The notes beneath the pieces were generated by a model, which made no database searches, was not told the origin of the DNA, and worked only from the letters and a program-made list of their open reading frames with translations. Positions 39,682 to 54,556 of a stretch of 64,000 nucleotides of DNA are shown here, in pieces. Source of the DNA: Octopus sinensis (lineage: Eukaryota); assembly GCF_006345805.1 (NCBI RefSeq), contig NC_043007.1, forward strand, positions 41,230,001-41,294,000. Direction: 5' to 3'. The position numbers and the translations under genes are program-made. Numbering within the stretch: the first letter of the stretch is position 1; each line of letters opens with the position of its first letter.

Positions 39682-40869
39682 GTAAGCAATTGTTGGTTAC
39701 TCTCTTTCTTTCTATTTTTAAAATTTTATTTTTATTTATTTATTTATTGTTTTTGAACTAATCAATGGAAATTTCTTTAAAAACTCATCATCATCAACAT
39801 CATTTAATGCCCACTTTTCCATGCTTTCATGGGTCAAACAAAATTTGCTGTGGCCTGATGCCATTCCTATCACCAAACCTCATCTGTTTCCAAGCAGGGC
39901 AATATTTCTATGCGGCCAGAGATTTTTTCCACAGAAAACTGGAAACAACACTGCTTGTATTATGGTAATGCTCGTTTACAACCATCATGGATTATTAAGG
40001 TAAATGGACAAGATTACACTCACAGATACATATTATATATATATATATGTTTATAATCTATGATAAAATACACTAATTTTTCCTTTTTTTATGTATCTAA
40101 CTCACCCCATACTTTACTTGTCAATAAAATTTATGTATCGCATTGTGCCTTCCTTCTACAATATATTTTTTATGATATTTGTTTATTATCTATTGTTATT
40201 ATTATTAACATTATTTTCACACTCCAACTATATCTTCCATCACTTGCAGCGTACAATTTCTAACTTTTTTATATTCTATATATTGGTTTTCATTACTTTT
40301 TAAATGCCATTTAATTACCTTTTTAATTAATACATAATATTTACTATTGTTATGATATTATAATTTTGCTGTTTAATATGAGGTTTTCATATTTCAATTT
40401 TATTTGTTTTTAAATTCCTTATTAGGACACATCCATTTCATCATTAAAATCCCATTTCCTCAAATTTTTTATCCGTATTAATTTCTCTCTCTTATCTTGC
40501 TCTCGCATAATGGTTATGGATATAGATACAGATATGCGATTAGGGATTAGCTTTCCATTTTTCCTTTATTTTCTCTTTCTTTTTTCTCTCTCTTCCTTTT
40601 CTCTTTATTCAATCTTTTCCTTTTCATCTTTTTTCCTTGTCTATTAACAAGATAAAGTCTGGTATTTATGTTTTTATCACAAATGCTCTTAGATATACTA
40701 TAAATCATTGTTTCTTACCCTTTCCCTTTTCACTTTTGATACAGAACCTCTAGTTGAATTGAATCTTAGATAAATAGAACCAAGCCTTTCTTTATTGCTG
40801 AGAGTGGGTTCTGGTAAGCCATTCACCTTTCCCTCTCACATATGTAGATATAAATATATTAGACCATCT

Positions 40870-41260
40870 TGTCACTTCAAAGACTGGGAGTTTAGCAGGA
40901 AACATCTTCTCAGTTTGATGTTTTGCCATGTTGTTCCATGTGGGGATTCAGACCTATCCAGGATATCAAATGACTAGACTCATTCCATCTTCATTGCTTT
41001 ATTAACTAAGGTAGGTTGGTTGGTCATGTTGTACATATGGAAGACACTTGTTTACCTAAAGTCTTCTTGTACAGTCAGCTTAGTTCTGATGCCAGGTACC
41101 AAGGCTGCCCACTGCTCTGATATATGGACATTCTAAAGAGTTATTTGAAGACCTTCAAGATAAATCTGAAGACATGGGAACTTGTAGCATTGAACAGAGT
41201 TCAGTAGAGAAGCTTTTACTAACAAACTATCTCCAACTTTAAGGAAGCCAGGATCAACAC
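40870..41260 (+). mobile_element. RTE-like LINE C-terminal remnant
   Basis: RLVGHVVHMEDTCLPKVFLYSQL followed by a KTWELVALNRVQ-like segment. Confidence 0.55.
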
Positions 41261-41608
41261 CCTGCATAGTTCCAGGATCAATACTTCAGCATAGTTCCAG
41301 GGCCAGTCTACCCTCGGGTGGTAGAGATCACTACAGCAATATCTACAACAGAATATATAGGCTTAATGAGTATATATGGAATTCAAAATACAGAGCACAA
41401 AATAATACAAAATAAATAAAAGGAATTATATAATATTCTTATCTTGACAGACGTTTCAAGTGAAACATGGCTTATGCCATAATACTCATTTCATCATAAA
41501 GATTCATAATGTGACAGGTGTGTAGAATAATACAAATTCACTATCCTAATTCTTTCACAAATATATAAACACAAATCTAATGATATATCTGTTTTTGTCT
41601 TATTCTAG

Positions 41609-41737
41609 CAGTGATTCCTCCTGATCAATGTCATAGTGCCCCCTGCAAGAATGGGGCCACCTGCTGGAGGACAAACAATGGAACCAGGTTCACTTGTGAG
41701 TGTCAGCCTGACTACACTGGAGAGCTATGTGATTCTG
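41609..41737 (+). CDS. Exon: EGF1
   Basis: tattctag|...|gtaatt; VIPPDQCHSAPCKNGATCWRTNNGTRFTCECQPDYTGELCDS. Confidence 0.9.
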
Positions 41738-43884
41738 GTAATTCCTCATTTTATGTTTATTTTTTTCAGTTTTATTTTTCATAATCTTTTTTTTTTTTTT
41801 GGTGTCCAGTCAATTCATTGACAGCAATTTGTCATTGTTTAATTTTTCTCCAGTCAATTCATCATTGGTCAATTCGTCTCCATGTCAATTCATCACCAGT
41901 CTATTTGTCAAGATCATAGGTAAAATGGAAGAACAAATATCTGATTTTTTTAAAAAACCATTTATTTTAAGTTTTGCTGTATTGCGTATTTATTTTTTCT
42001 CAAAAATTTAAGATTATGTACAATTGTTTATAGAAAAATAATTTTTTGGTTTGAATCATATTTTTCCATGACATTTTTTATACACAGGTTCATATCTCTG
42101 TATTTTTTCTTTTGGCTTGTTCTCCTTGTATGAACTTCTGCAATTTGGTACTGGCAAACCTTTCCTCACATTTAACCACATCAGTAAGTTTCCAAATATT
42201 TGGATGACTAATATTCACTATGTTTTACAGCATGCTATGGTAGGCTTTCAAACAATTTGTAGTACAAGCAATTCCTGTCATGTGTCGAGCCCAAACACTC
42301 CATATAGGTAATGGAAATGGAAACTCAAGGTGTCACTTCCTCTGTCCTCTTTCTCTAGGTGGTCCTATATAATTATTTTCAAAATAGGATACAATTGACT
42401 GTGGAATATCATCATCATCTACAAGTTGTCCATATCCATCTACATCATTAACCAGCATTAATCATCTTCATCATCATCATCATTATAATCATTGTCATCA
42501 GAGCAGCAGCAGAAGTAACAACAGCACCATCATTAACATCATCTTGCCATCATTAACGTCATTATCATTCCACCACTGACATTATTGCCATTACCACCAT
42601 CATCATCACCACCATCATCATCACCACCACCATCATTATCACTATTGTCTTCATCATGATCACTATAATAATAGTGATGACAATTATCATCATCATTATC
42701 ATCGTCATCACCATCATTATCATTATAATCATCATTTTTGTAATAATCAATAACCTAGTCACCTCAGTTGCCATCACTGCCATGTTCTTCCTGATCTTCA
42801 TCCTCATCATTACCATCATCATCAAAATAATAATCCTTTCTACTGTAGGTACAAGACTTAAAATTTGGCGAAAGAGATTAAGTCGATTACATCAATCCCA
42901 GTGCATAACTGGTACTTATTTAATTGGCCCTGGAAGGATGAAAGGCAAAGGTGACCTCAGTAGAATTTGAACTCAGAATGTAGAGACATATGAAATAATG
43001 CTAAGCATCTCACCTGGCATGCTAACATCATCATCGTTAAATTCATCATCAGTCATTGTGTATTTACATCCTTGCACAGCTTAATTTCGTTTTCATCCTT
43101 CTAAGTTGAGAGATTAACACCAGCAATATACTGGTCTGGCCTCAGGTCAATAAAATATAGAACTTCTAATTAATATCAGCCATGTGTAAGGCAGTGAACA
43201 AGCAGTGCCATTACTGCACTGGGAAAAATGTTTGGCAGCATTTCTTCCAACTTTGTTTTGAGTTCAAATACTGCTGCAGTTGACTTTGCCTTTCATCTTT
43301 TTGAGGGTGATAAAATAAGTACCAGTTGAACTCTGGGGTTGATGTAAGTGACTTACTCTTTCCACCAAAAACACAGGTCTTGTTCTGAAATTTGAAACCC
43401 ATATTGGCCATGTGTCTTAAGAACAAAAGGTTATTGTTGTTATATTTATTGCTGTTATTGTATTTGTTAATTTGAGGTTATTATTGTCGTTATATTTATC
43501 ATTGTTATGTGGAGGCGCAATGCCCCAGTGGTTAGGGCAGTGAACTTGTGGTTGTAGGATCGCAATTTTGATTCCTAGACCGGGCGTTGTGAGTGTTTAT
43601 TGAGCAAAAACACCTAAAGCTCCACGAGGCTCCGGCAGGGGGTGGTGGCGATCCCTGCTGTACTCTTTCACCACAACTTACTCTCACTCTTTCTTCTGTT
43701 GGCCTGCTCACTTAGCCAGCAGGGTGGCGTCATTTGAAGGCTAAAACAATGTGAAGCGCATTGTGACCAGCGATGTATAGCAACATCTGATAGCCTGGTC
43801 GGTCACGGTGATCACGGTGATTTATCATTGTTATGTACTTGTTAATTGTGGTTACTGATTTTATTCTTGTTATTGCTATTTCAG

Positions 43885-43998
43885 GTATAGACGACTGCAT
43901 TAATAACACATGCCAGAATGGAGCAACATGCGCTGACAAAATTGGGTTCTTCACATGCGACTGTGCCACTGGTTTCACAGGGTCACGATGCGAAACAG
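43885..43998 (+). CDS. Exon: EGF2
   Basis: tttcag|...|gtaagt; IDDCINNTCQNGATCADKIGFFTCDCATGFTGSRCET. Confidence 0.93.
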
Positions 43999-44702
43999 GT
44001 AAGTGCTTAACAGTAGATAATGAGGAGATATTTACTTGTACCACATGTAGCAGGCATTATGTCATAAAACATGTCATGAAATAAAGTTAGTACACATGTT
44101 AAGTATTTACCTGCACATGTCATCGGTGTTAAACCATTGAGCATGTGGTTATCTGTCAGGGGTAGTACATGTCTTAAATATTTAGACATACAACATACAA
44201 CTACAATATGCTCAAAATTAACTGTAAACTGTAAAAAAGGCAAAATTAAAATTAGAATACAGAATATATTATATGAAGGCACATTGCCTAGTGATTAGCA
44301 TGTTGGGTTCATGATCGTAAGTTGACGGATTAAGTTCCTGGTCCAGGCAGGAACTCCTTGGGTAAGGAACATCATTTCATCCTGATCCAGTTTACTCAGC
44401 TGAAAAGGAATACCAACCAACTGATGGTGCAGCCCTCTTCTCCTTCTAGCTATTATATCTTCAATGTTCAGCAGGGTCAAAGAGTAAGAGTATGTCTGCT
44501 TATGACAATACTAGCAACTAATGTGATAAGCAAAAATGAGGTACAAGCTGTTAGATGAATGTGGGGTAAAAAGAACATACCAGGTGTGCCTATCTTTTCC
44601 TTATAGAATATGGAACACCAGCATAATGTGTGTGCATGCATGTGTGTGTGTGTGTGTGTGTGTGTGCGCATGCGTGTGTGTGTGAGTGCATGCGTGTGTG
44701 TG

Positions 44703-44761
<59 letters not shown>

Positions 44762-45901
44762 GTGGATATATATTGGTCAAAGAGCTACAATAGGTCAACA
44801 GTCTAGAGTTTCATGCCAATGGACTTGTAAAACTTTGGCATGAACCTCTCAGTATTAATTTTTGCTTCTCCCAATGATAAAACCAAAATGGCATATGTAT
44901 GTGTGTGTGTGTGTGTGAGTGTGTGTGTATGCATGTGTGCATGTGTGTGTGTCTGTGTGCACGTGTGTGTGTATGTGTGTGTGTTTGTGTGTGTGTGGTG
45001 GGGTATACAATAAGATCCAATCAAATGTGATGAACAGCTAATTAGCATCTCGCACATACAAAGCTTGTGTAGAATACTCAGGAAAAAAGTAATCTATCAA
45101 TAAAAATTTATTATAGGCACAAGTGTGGCTGTGTATACAAGATCTGATTTTCCTGTCATAACTTTCAGTAAAATGGATATATATATTAATTTTTTTTTTC
45201 GTGGAATCCCATGTTTTTGATTATGGAGGATCCGATTCCCAAAAAATTTTCCAAAAATTGCAATTTCAAAATTTCAATTACCTCCACCCTTCATTTTTCA
45301 TGTTTTTTTTTTGTTTTTTTTTTTTCAAAATACATAGAAATATATGAAGGTTATGATTCTGAAAAAATTACATTTAAATTTTTGTTTATTTTTTTCCATA
45401 TTCTTAATCTCTGTATTTTCCCATGATGGGAAAAACTAAAAATTCGAAAAAGGTTTTTAAAAAAAATTAAAAAACAATAAAAAAAAAACCCACTTTAATT
45501 TCACATGAATTACTTTGTCATATTACTACGGGAAATTACTCTGAAAAAAATCTTTGCAAAAAGGTGAGTAGATTGATTACATTATGTTATCACAGTTTTG
45601 TGAGATTTGGCTGTTATTTCTAGCATGTAGATAGCCTGCTTGAAGGCCTGAGGGTATATATTCTTTTTTTTTTATTTTCTGTTAAACAAATTTTTTTAAG
45701 AAATGTAATCTTTGAATTTTTCTACATATTTCGCCAAAAAAAAAATTGCGGGAAAAGTGAAAAATAAGTTGTGGTGGTGGTGATGATGATGATGAACAGA
45801 TATTGGTATAATTTATATATAACTGAGACCAATATATTTATATTATGTATTTTATATATATCTTCTCTATAACAGATAACAATATGATTTTTATATAACA
45901 G

Positions 45902-46251
45902 ATATCGATGAGTGTGAAAGTTCACCTTGCTTAAATGGAGGTACATGTGAACAGCCTGCACCTGGCATCTTCTACTGCAACTGTCCGATAGGAAGTAGTG
46001 GTCGATTCTGCCAAATTATTCAAGATGGTTGCTCAACTCAAAACCCTTGTCTGAATGGTGCCACATGTCAACCCGGACTAGGCCTTGATTACACATGCAT
46101 CTGTCTCCTGGGTTTTACTGGATATAACTGCACTTCAGACATTAATGAGTGTGATCCGAATCCTTGCAGAAATAGTGGTACCTGTGAGCAGGGTCCTCCT
46201 GGTACCTTTTATTGTAACTGCCCTTTGGGTTTCACAGGATTGCACTGTGAG
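45902..46251 (+). CDS. Exon: EGF3-5
   Basis: ataacag|...|gtaagt; IDECESSPCLNGGTC...PCRNSGTCEQGPPGTFYCNCPLGFTGLHCE; absent from the ORF track. Confidence 0.93.
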
Positions 46252-47367
46252 GTAAGTTAAATACATCTCATATCATTTTTTGATTTTTTTTTTTTTTTTC
46301 CTTTATTATTATGATTTTAATTCTTGAGAATGGGTGACGCCTGACAGAGTCAGAAAAAAAAACTGAAGAGATTAATTCATAATTACTGATCTTCATTCTG
46401 ATATCATATCAGAAAAATGTTGACAAGCAGACACTCAAAAGTGAGTTCATTTCTCCCTAGATACAAGCTAGCATGGAAAGCAGGCATAACTGATGATGAA
46501 GCTATTGATGATGATGATGAGGAGGAGGAGGAGGATGGTGATGATGAGGAGGAGGAGGAGGAGGAGCAGGAGAAGCAGGAGCAGGAGGAGCAGGGGGAGG
46601 AGGATGGTGATGAGGAGGAGGAGGAGGAGGAGGAGGTGGAGGATAAATAGGTTAACTGAGTTAGATGTTAAAATAACCATCTAAGGGAGAGAAATATCCG
46701 TTACACTACCAGTATATTACCTATGCTTAACCATGGGGATACATAAACCAACATATTATTCTCATAAATTATAGGTAAAGTCAAGGATAAACATGAATTT
46801 ATCGAGAATCAAAATTTAAAGAAAACAGAAAATGGAGAAATATTGATGAACAACAATTGACTTACATCAATATTTCTCCATATTTTCTGTTTGCGCACAC
46901 ATATTTGTATATATGTGTGTTTGTGGTGTGTGTGTGTGTGTGTGTGTGTTTGTGGCGTGTGTGTGTGTCTGTGTGTCTGTGTGTGTGTTTGTCTCCCATT
47001 ACTGCTTTACAACTGGCGTTGGTGTGTTTATGTCCTCATAACTTGGCAGTTTCATAAAAGAGACTGATAGAATGAAAAGAAAAAAGGTACAGAGATCAAT
47101 TAGAGTTCAACTAAAATCTTTCAATGCAGTGTCCCAGCATGGCCACAGTCTAATGACTGAAACAACTAAAATATAAAAAATACATACACACACATATATA
47201 TATATATATATTTCGTTTTTGGATATATGTATGTATGTATGTATGTACGCATGTATGTATGGATGTATGTATGTATGTATGTATGTATATGCATGTATGT
47301 GTGTATGTATGTATGTATGTATATGCATGTATGTGTGTATGTATGTATGTATATGCATGTATGTGTG

Positions 47368-47401
<34 letters not shown>

Positions 47402-47972
47402 TGTATATGCATGTATGTGTGTATGTATGTATGTATGTATGTATGTATAATAATAATAATAATAATATGATAATAATGAAATTATTGTATACAGTGCTCA
47501 GGTGCACCACAACTTGTCAGACAGTGCGTATAAAGCATATGCAGTAATGTACAAATGTCTGGAAAGCGAATAATGTACAAGTCAGATACATGCTTGTGTG
47601 TGTATGGAGGGGAGAAAATCAGGTGTAGTGTTGGCGAATGCATATATGTATGTATGTATACAATTTGTTTCCATACAATCTCCAGGTACCAAATTTCCTT
47701 CACAAACCTTTAGTTGATCTAAGGTTATAGAAAATGACACCTGCTTGAGGTGCTGCACAATGTGACTGAATCAAACACCGAGCAGTTGTCAAGCAAACAT
47801 TTTAATCTCACAACCATGTCTTTACCTGTTAAGTAAAAATACTTTCAACATTATACTTTTTGCTTATTTACTTTATAATATTTTTGCTTTCTTTCTTGCT
47901 ATTTTTTTAATCAAAGATTTTGTTCAATTTTTTTTTATTTTTAATTTAACTCCCCCGCGCCTCTGCAAAAAG

Positions 47973-48196
47973 GTTGATATCGACGAGTGTGCATCAAGTC
48001 CTTGCCTTCATGGAGAATGTAAGAATGGAACACCTGGAAGCTACATTTGCATCTGTGATGATGGCTATTTTGGTGACCGGTGTGAGAGAAGGAGAAACAT
48101 GTGCCAGTACGAGCCTTGTCTTAATAATGGCACTTGTCATGATACATCCCCCAATAACTATGTGTGTTTCTGTGTAGTTGGATACGAAGGTAAAAG
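47973..48196 (+). CDS. Exon: EGF6-7
   Basis: aaaaag|...|gtaagg; [16 protein letters not shown]...CFCVVGYEGK; phase 0->2. Confidence 0.9.
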
Positions 48197-48946
48197 GTAA
48201 GGCTACTTTCAAAAATAAATGTGTGATTGTACCTGTATATGTGATCAATTATGGTGAGCGGAGACTTGTCTGACCAGTACAAGCTTGGGGGGAAAATGGA
48301 TGTACAATGATGGGATGGTGATGGTGATGATGATGATGACAACAATGATGAAGATGATGATGATGATAATGGCAATTATGATGACAATGACATGGATGAT
48401 GATAATGATGGTGACAACAGCGATGACAGTAATGATGACAATGACAATAATGACATCTATGATGATGATGGTGATGATGATGATGATGATGATAATGGTG
48501 ATGAACGTGTTGATGAAGATGGCAATAATGATGGTGACAACACTGCTGCCAAAGATGATGATGATGGTGGTGGTGGTGGTGGTGGTGGTGGTGGTGATGA
48601 TGATGATGATGATGATGATGATGACAGCAACAATGAAGAGGATGACAACGATGCTGATGACTATAGCAATGACAACAACAATGACAATAATTCTATTATC
48701 TAAGGTGGTGGGCAGTCAGGATCATTAGCACATGTGCCAAAATGCCAAACAGTATTACATCCATTTTTACATTCTGAGTTCAAATTCTGACAAGATCGAC
48801 TATGCCTTTCATTCTTCTGAGATCAATAAAATAAGTACCAGTTGAGCACTAAGGTCAATGCAATCGACCTATCCCTTCCCCAGAATTTTCTGTACCAAAA
48901 TTTGAAATTAATAATTCTATTATCTGTTTTACTTTTCTGGTTTCAG

Positions 48947-49264
48947 ATGCCAAATTGATCACAATGAATGTGAAACCAACAGGTGCCAACACAATGGTAA
49001 ATGTCATGAAGGGAAACCTGGCTCATTCTTTTGTGAATGTCCTCGCGGGTTCAATGGTAAATTATGTGAAAGAGACATTGATGAGTGTGCCAGTAACCCA
49101 TGTTATAAAGGTCAATGCCGACAGGGAAAACCTGGTTTTTTCATCTGTGACTGTCCCCCAGGCTTTAGTGGAATTACTTGTAAAGGAGAGATTAATTTCT
49201 GTGAGTCAAGGCCTTGCAGGCATGGTGGTACTTGTCTCCATGAAGAAGGCAGTGGGTTTTATCA
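48947..49264 (+). CDS. Exon: end of EGF7, EGF8-9, start of EGF10
   Basis: tttcag|...|gtaaga; [13 protein letters not shown]...[16 protein letters not shown]; phase 2->2. Confidence 0.92.
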
Positions 49265-49886
49265 GTAAGACAAGAATGTTCTCATTTTTTATTTTATATT
49301 TTTGTTAACAGTTTTCTCTTTCAATTATAACTGTAATCCAGTATACAAAGTGGTGCTGAAAAGTTTCTGGTTTTAAGGGTGTTGCAAAAGGCCTGGTTGG
49401 ATGCCCAACTTTTCAGGTTCTTGTACAGGGCCTAGAAAACCTGAAGGAGTGCTGCAATAAGTGTGTGAATCTGAGAGTGGAATATTTTGAATAAAATCAT
49501 AATTAACTGATCCTCCTCTATTTTCTTTTACCTAAAATCAGGAACTTTTCAGCACCTCTTTGTGTATATATATTTATATATGTGTGTGCATGTGCGTACA
49601 TGCATGTGTGTGTGTGTATGTGTGTGTGTTTGTTTGTGTGTGTATTTTAAATGATTAATACAAAAGACTGCATGTAACTAGATGCATTTATTAGCACAAC
49701 AATCATTTCGGTTTCATTCTGCACTGTTCCTTAGTGGGCATGGGATGATGTAATAACACCAGATGCAATGCAGAGTGCAAAAGAACCTTATCAGGTGACA
49801 AGATCCTCCAAAAGTTAGCAAATTTACATTTCATTTTCACTTCAAGTTATATGCTGATGGTCTCATACACACACATATACATATAC

Positions 49887-49925
<39 letters not shown>

Positions 49926-50170
49926 GTTATTACTATTATTGTTTTTTGTATTTATATTTGTGTGGCATTGTCCGTTTTTCTGTCCTTGTTTCGTATACAT
50001 TCGATCCTTTTTCCAAGAAATCTAATGCACGTAGCTTAGTTTTTCCTTGGGGCTGGCCAGATCGGAACGATCTCAAGATTAATCAGCCGAAATTGCGAGG
50101 ATGATCCGGTTCTTGACATATATATACATACACACACACACACACATGCATATATATATATACATATATA

Positions 50171-50635
50171 CAGGGTGTGGTGAATAGACTGTCATCTAAA
50201 TTATGCAAAAATTGAAAATAACACTAACATCTCATTTTAACAGATATATTTATCAAAAGTTACATAAAGATATCTTGAAATACTAAAGAGTAAATTTATT
50301 CAATAAAATCACCCTTGGCTTCAATCACGGCCTCCAGACGACTTTGGAATCTCCTGCAACTCTTTTGGATGATCTCCTTGTTTAAGTTGGTAAATGTTGC
50401 CACAATCCTTGTCTTCAGTTCATCTTTGGAGTTACAAGGAGTTTTGTTGGTCTCCCACTCAACTGCACCCCTGTGCACAGCTGCCTTAGCAACTCCATAT
50501 TTTATGCTTATTGTCTTTATAGATACACAACAGTCTTCATCCAGAAAATTATGAATTTTTCTCAACTAGCTCTGATATACTGTTTATCACATCCTCTCTA
50601 CCATTCTTGAACTTCTTGTGGCAGTGAAAAAGTTA
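50171..50635 (-). mobile_element. Internally deleted Tc1/mariner-superfamily element
   Basis: TA|CAGGGTG terminus; N-terminal HTH-like segment fused directly to a C-terminal ...RRFQSRLEAVIEAKGDFIE. Confidence 0.6.
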
Positions 50636-50782
50636 ATTCATAAGCAATAAGATGTGTGTGTGTGCTTGTGTGCTTGTGTGTTTGTGTGTTTGTGTATGTG
50701 CCCAAATGCGTATGCACATGTGCATGCATGTGTGTGTATGTATGCGTGTGTGTGTATATATGTGTGTGTGTGTGTATATATA

Positions 50783-50821
<39 letters not shown>

Positions 50822-50920
50822 TATATAAGTATATATATATATATAATATATATATAATATATCAATTAGAGAATTTAATTGAATTTTTCCCTGTAAGTTT
50901 GGAGTTATACTCCCTAATAT

Positions 50921-51022
<102 letters not shown>

Positions 51023-51058
51023 CTGCACACACACACACACCTCTATGCAATTTTACAG

Positions 51059-51261
51059 ATGTGTCTGCCAAGTTGGATACTCAGGAAAAAACTGTGAAAT
51101 GGATTTGGATGAATGTGCATCTTCTCCTTGTCAAAATGGTGGAACCTGCATTCAAGATCATATTGGTTCCTTCAAATGTATATGTCCACGAGGTCTAACT
51201 GGACCATTCTGTAATATTGACATCAATGAATGTGAGGGACAACCTTGCCAAAATTCTGGAA
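51059..51261 (+). CDS. Exon: end of EGF10, EGF11, start of EGF12
   Basis: ttttacag|...|gtaagt; [19 protein letters not shown]...[10 protein letters not shown]; phase 2->1. Confidence 0.92.
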
Positions 51262-52741
51262 GTAAGTTGTTTACTTTAGTTATTTAGCTGTTTATCTGTT
51301 TGTTCTCTCCAACATGAACCAACCAAGTTGTAGTTTACCTTCCAGTTTGTATATTATTCCTCTCTCTTCCCTCTCTTCTCTGCCTCTCTTTCTCTCTCTC
51401 TCTGTCTCTTGCATATCTTTTCATGCCTTTCTGTTCCCCTTTTTCTATCTTACACTTTCTGTTCCTCTTTCTGTCTCTCTTTAGCTCTAGATATTTTTCC
51501 TTCCTTTGTTTGGTTATCTTCCTTTTTTACACACTTCCTCTTCTTTTATTCTCATAACAAAACATCATATAATCAAATTTCACACATAATTTGTTTCACA
51601 GATAATTATTCCTTACCTTACACCTTAATTTTCTCCTCATCACATAAGGCCTCAATCATTCTATCTTAACCATGCATCTATGTATGTACAGACCTGAGTA
51701 AGAGTCTTTGTGAGGAAGATTCCAGTTGTCCATACAGCAAGTCTTCTCTCTCCATATCATTTATCCATGGAAATAGTTACTGAATTGGGCCAGTATAGCT
51801 TTACACTAGTGTCACCACAGGTTTTGTCCTCAAAATGTAATTACATAGAACAGCCATAGCAAAATATCTTGCCTGACCCTCTAAAAGCTCCATCAATCAA
51901 CCATCCTGAATTAGTGTTACAATTAGATATTTCTATGTCAGGGTTACCACTGTAGCGGTAAGATTCTATGTCAGGGTCACCACTGTAGCAGTAATATGTT
52001 TCTCTGGATGCGTGAACAGTATTACAATTTGGTATTAAGTTGATATGGATGAAATGAATGCAAATTCTATGGAGATTTTAAATGCAAAAGTATTTAGTCT
52101 TCTCATCAGCAACTAAATGTTGTTATTACTACAAACAACAAAGAAAGATATTTACATAAGTAAGATTGTTCACAGTTTATATGAGATGTAGTTGGATCAG
52201 ATATAACTGTAATCACCATCATGCATTTCTTGGAGTTAGCTAGTTAGGATGGGTTAAGTTACTATTTTCTTCTGAAGACCAGGCATTTCAATATGATAGT
52301 GCAAATATCTATGTAATTATTATTACATAAGATCAAAGTATTTGTTAGTGAAACATGGGTAAAGATTATGTAATTTATGATGTTATGATATAAAGGCAAA
52401 CTAAAGCTATCGTTTTACTCTGCTCTCAGATATGCATTCTATAAATTAGTCAAATGTATAAAATACCATAAGTAAACTGGAAGACAATTTGTTTAATACA
52501 TGACTGGAATTTGGATATACATGGATTTATATGGAGTACTAAGCATTGGTTAACTGTTATGCCATCTCATTCATATTAGACATTCTGCAATTCTAGCAAT
52601 ACTGTGGAAATTCCACAGTCAGCATATTGGAAAACCTTATATCATTATATTAAACACAATTAAGGAATTTCAAAAAATTATTTTGAGATCCTGTCATTTA
52701 ATCAAAACTGTACATTCAAATAAAATCAAAAGGAACTTAGG

Positions 52742-53900
52742 TGTTATGGAGATAATAGTAATAATGGAACACCCCTCCACTGTGATGAGCGGTATGTGCT
52801 AGTCATTATAAATACTGTGAAGTAGAAAGTCATGAGAGTGTCAGTGTCAGTCAAGTAGTCATAGATAGACAGTCATGTCTTTACTGGTCTCACTAACTAA
52901 ACTACTATACCAGAGTGGGCGTGATAACAGTCTGACAGAGAATTACAACAGTGGTGACAAGGAATTAAGAAACTCACGACAAATTAATAAACTCAGAAGG
53001 ATTAAATGAACTCACAAGGAGTTACAAAACTCACAAAAGTGTTTTGTGTGAATTTTATGATATACAGAATTGTAAAATTATGAAAGAATTGTTGGCTGGT
53101 TTGTCCAAGTTGCAAAAACAGCAACAACAGCTAAAAGAAGAATAACAACAACAATTACTATTGCAGCAACAAATGCTACATTTAATGAATAGTAAGTCAT
53201 CAAAAAGTGCTGAAAAGATGTTCTCACCAGATTATGTTTCAAACTCCTTTGAGGTGTACTATAGAAAATACCAATAGATCTTCAATAAAGAGAGCAAAGA
53301 TTGGGATGATGATATGAAAACATACCTAATCTTAAGAAAAGTGGCAGAAGAACATGAGCATTATAGCAATTACGTACTCCTGAAAAAGCTTTCTGACATT
53401 AATTTTTTAAAATACACTAGACATATTGTGTAAGATTTTTAGCGAGAAAAGCTTGTTGTTCAATACACAGAGGAAATGTTTGAACCTAGAAAAGAACAAT
53501 GAGGACTACATCATATATGCTGGCAGAGTTAACAGAGAATGTGAACAATTCAAACTGGATAAATTAACACCAAACTTGTTCAAGTGCCTGATATTTACTC
53601 AGGGACAAACTGCAGACAAAACCAAGCTGTAATCTGAATGCGGGAACGGACAAATTCATAACAGAAATTAAAAGAATACTGTGAACAGGAAAATTAAATA
53701 GGAACAGCATTGGTGCCAAATGAAACCAAGACATGAACCTTTACGTAATTTGTGATGGTGTACTACTGTATGCACATAGAGTAGTAATACCTGAAACATT
53801 GCAAAAGGATATGTTGAGGGAATTTCATGTTGGACATCTTAGTATTTCGAGCATGAAATGTTAAACATTTTGACTGCACCCTTGAAATGAACAAATGCTG
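52742..53900 (+). mobile_element. Gypsy LTR retrotransposon remnant (LTR, PBS-like, gag and integrase fragments)
   Basis: TG...CA LTR-like segment 52742-52950, followed by gtggtgacaagga; gag-like SLLFNTQRKCLNL...VNRECEQF...FKCLIF; integrase-like RVVIPETLQKDMLREFHVGHL. Confidence 0.65.
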
Positions 53901-53914
53901 AATAATAGAGACCT

Positions 53915-53981
<67 letters not shown>

Positions 53982-54047
53982 ACTCTCTCTCTCTCTCTTA
54001 TCCCCCCTTCTTCCTTTCTCTCTTAGTCTCCCCTTCTCCCTCTTCTT

Positions 54048-54110
<63 letters not shown>

Positions 54111-54281
54111 CTCCATTCAAGTTATTACTTCCCATGGGGTAAGCATAACACATGGATAAAACAGGCAGTAATACAGGAATGTGTAGAGTAATATGGATAT
54201 TTAGGTTTATACTAAATTTTGCTAATTTTTTTCAGTAAAATCTGAAAAGAAATCTGATGGAATTAATTAAAATTGACTTTA

Positions 54282-54325
<44 letters not shown>

Positions 54326-54556
54326 TATGTGTGTGTGTGCGCGCACGTGAGTGTATGTGTGTGCGTATACAGAGAGAGAGATGTTAAGTTATATGTAAAA
54401 GTGGTTTAACATTAGACTCAGAACTTTTTAGTAGGATACATATCAATTAACTTTTAAAAGGAAAACATTGGTAGTCACTTCAAGGTTTCAGTTTGCTCAC
54501 CATTACACACACACATACACCTAATTATCATATATGTATGTTTTTCTTTCACACAG

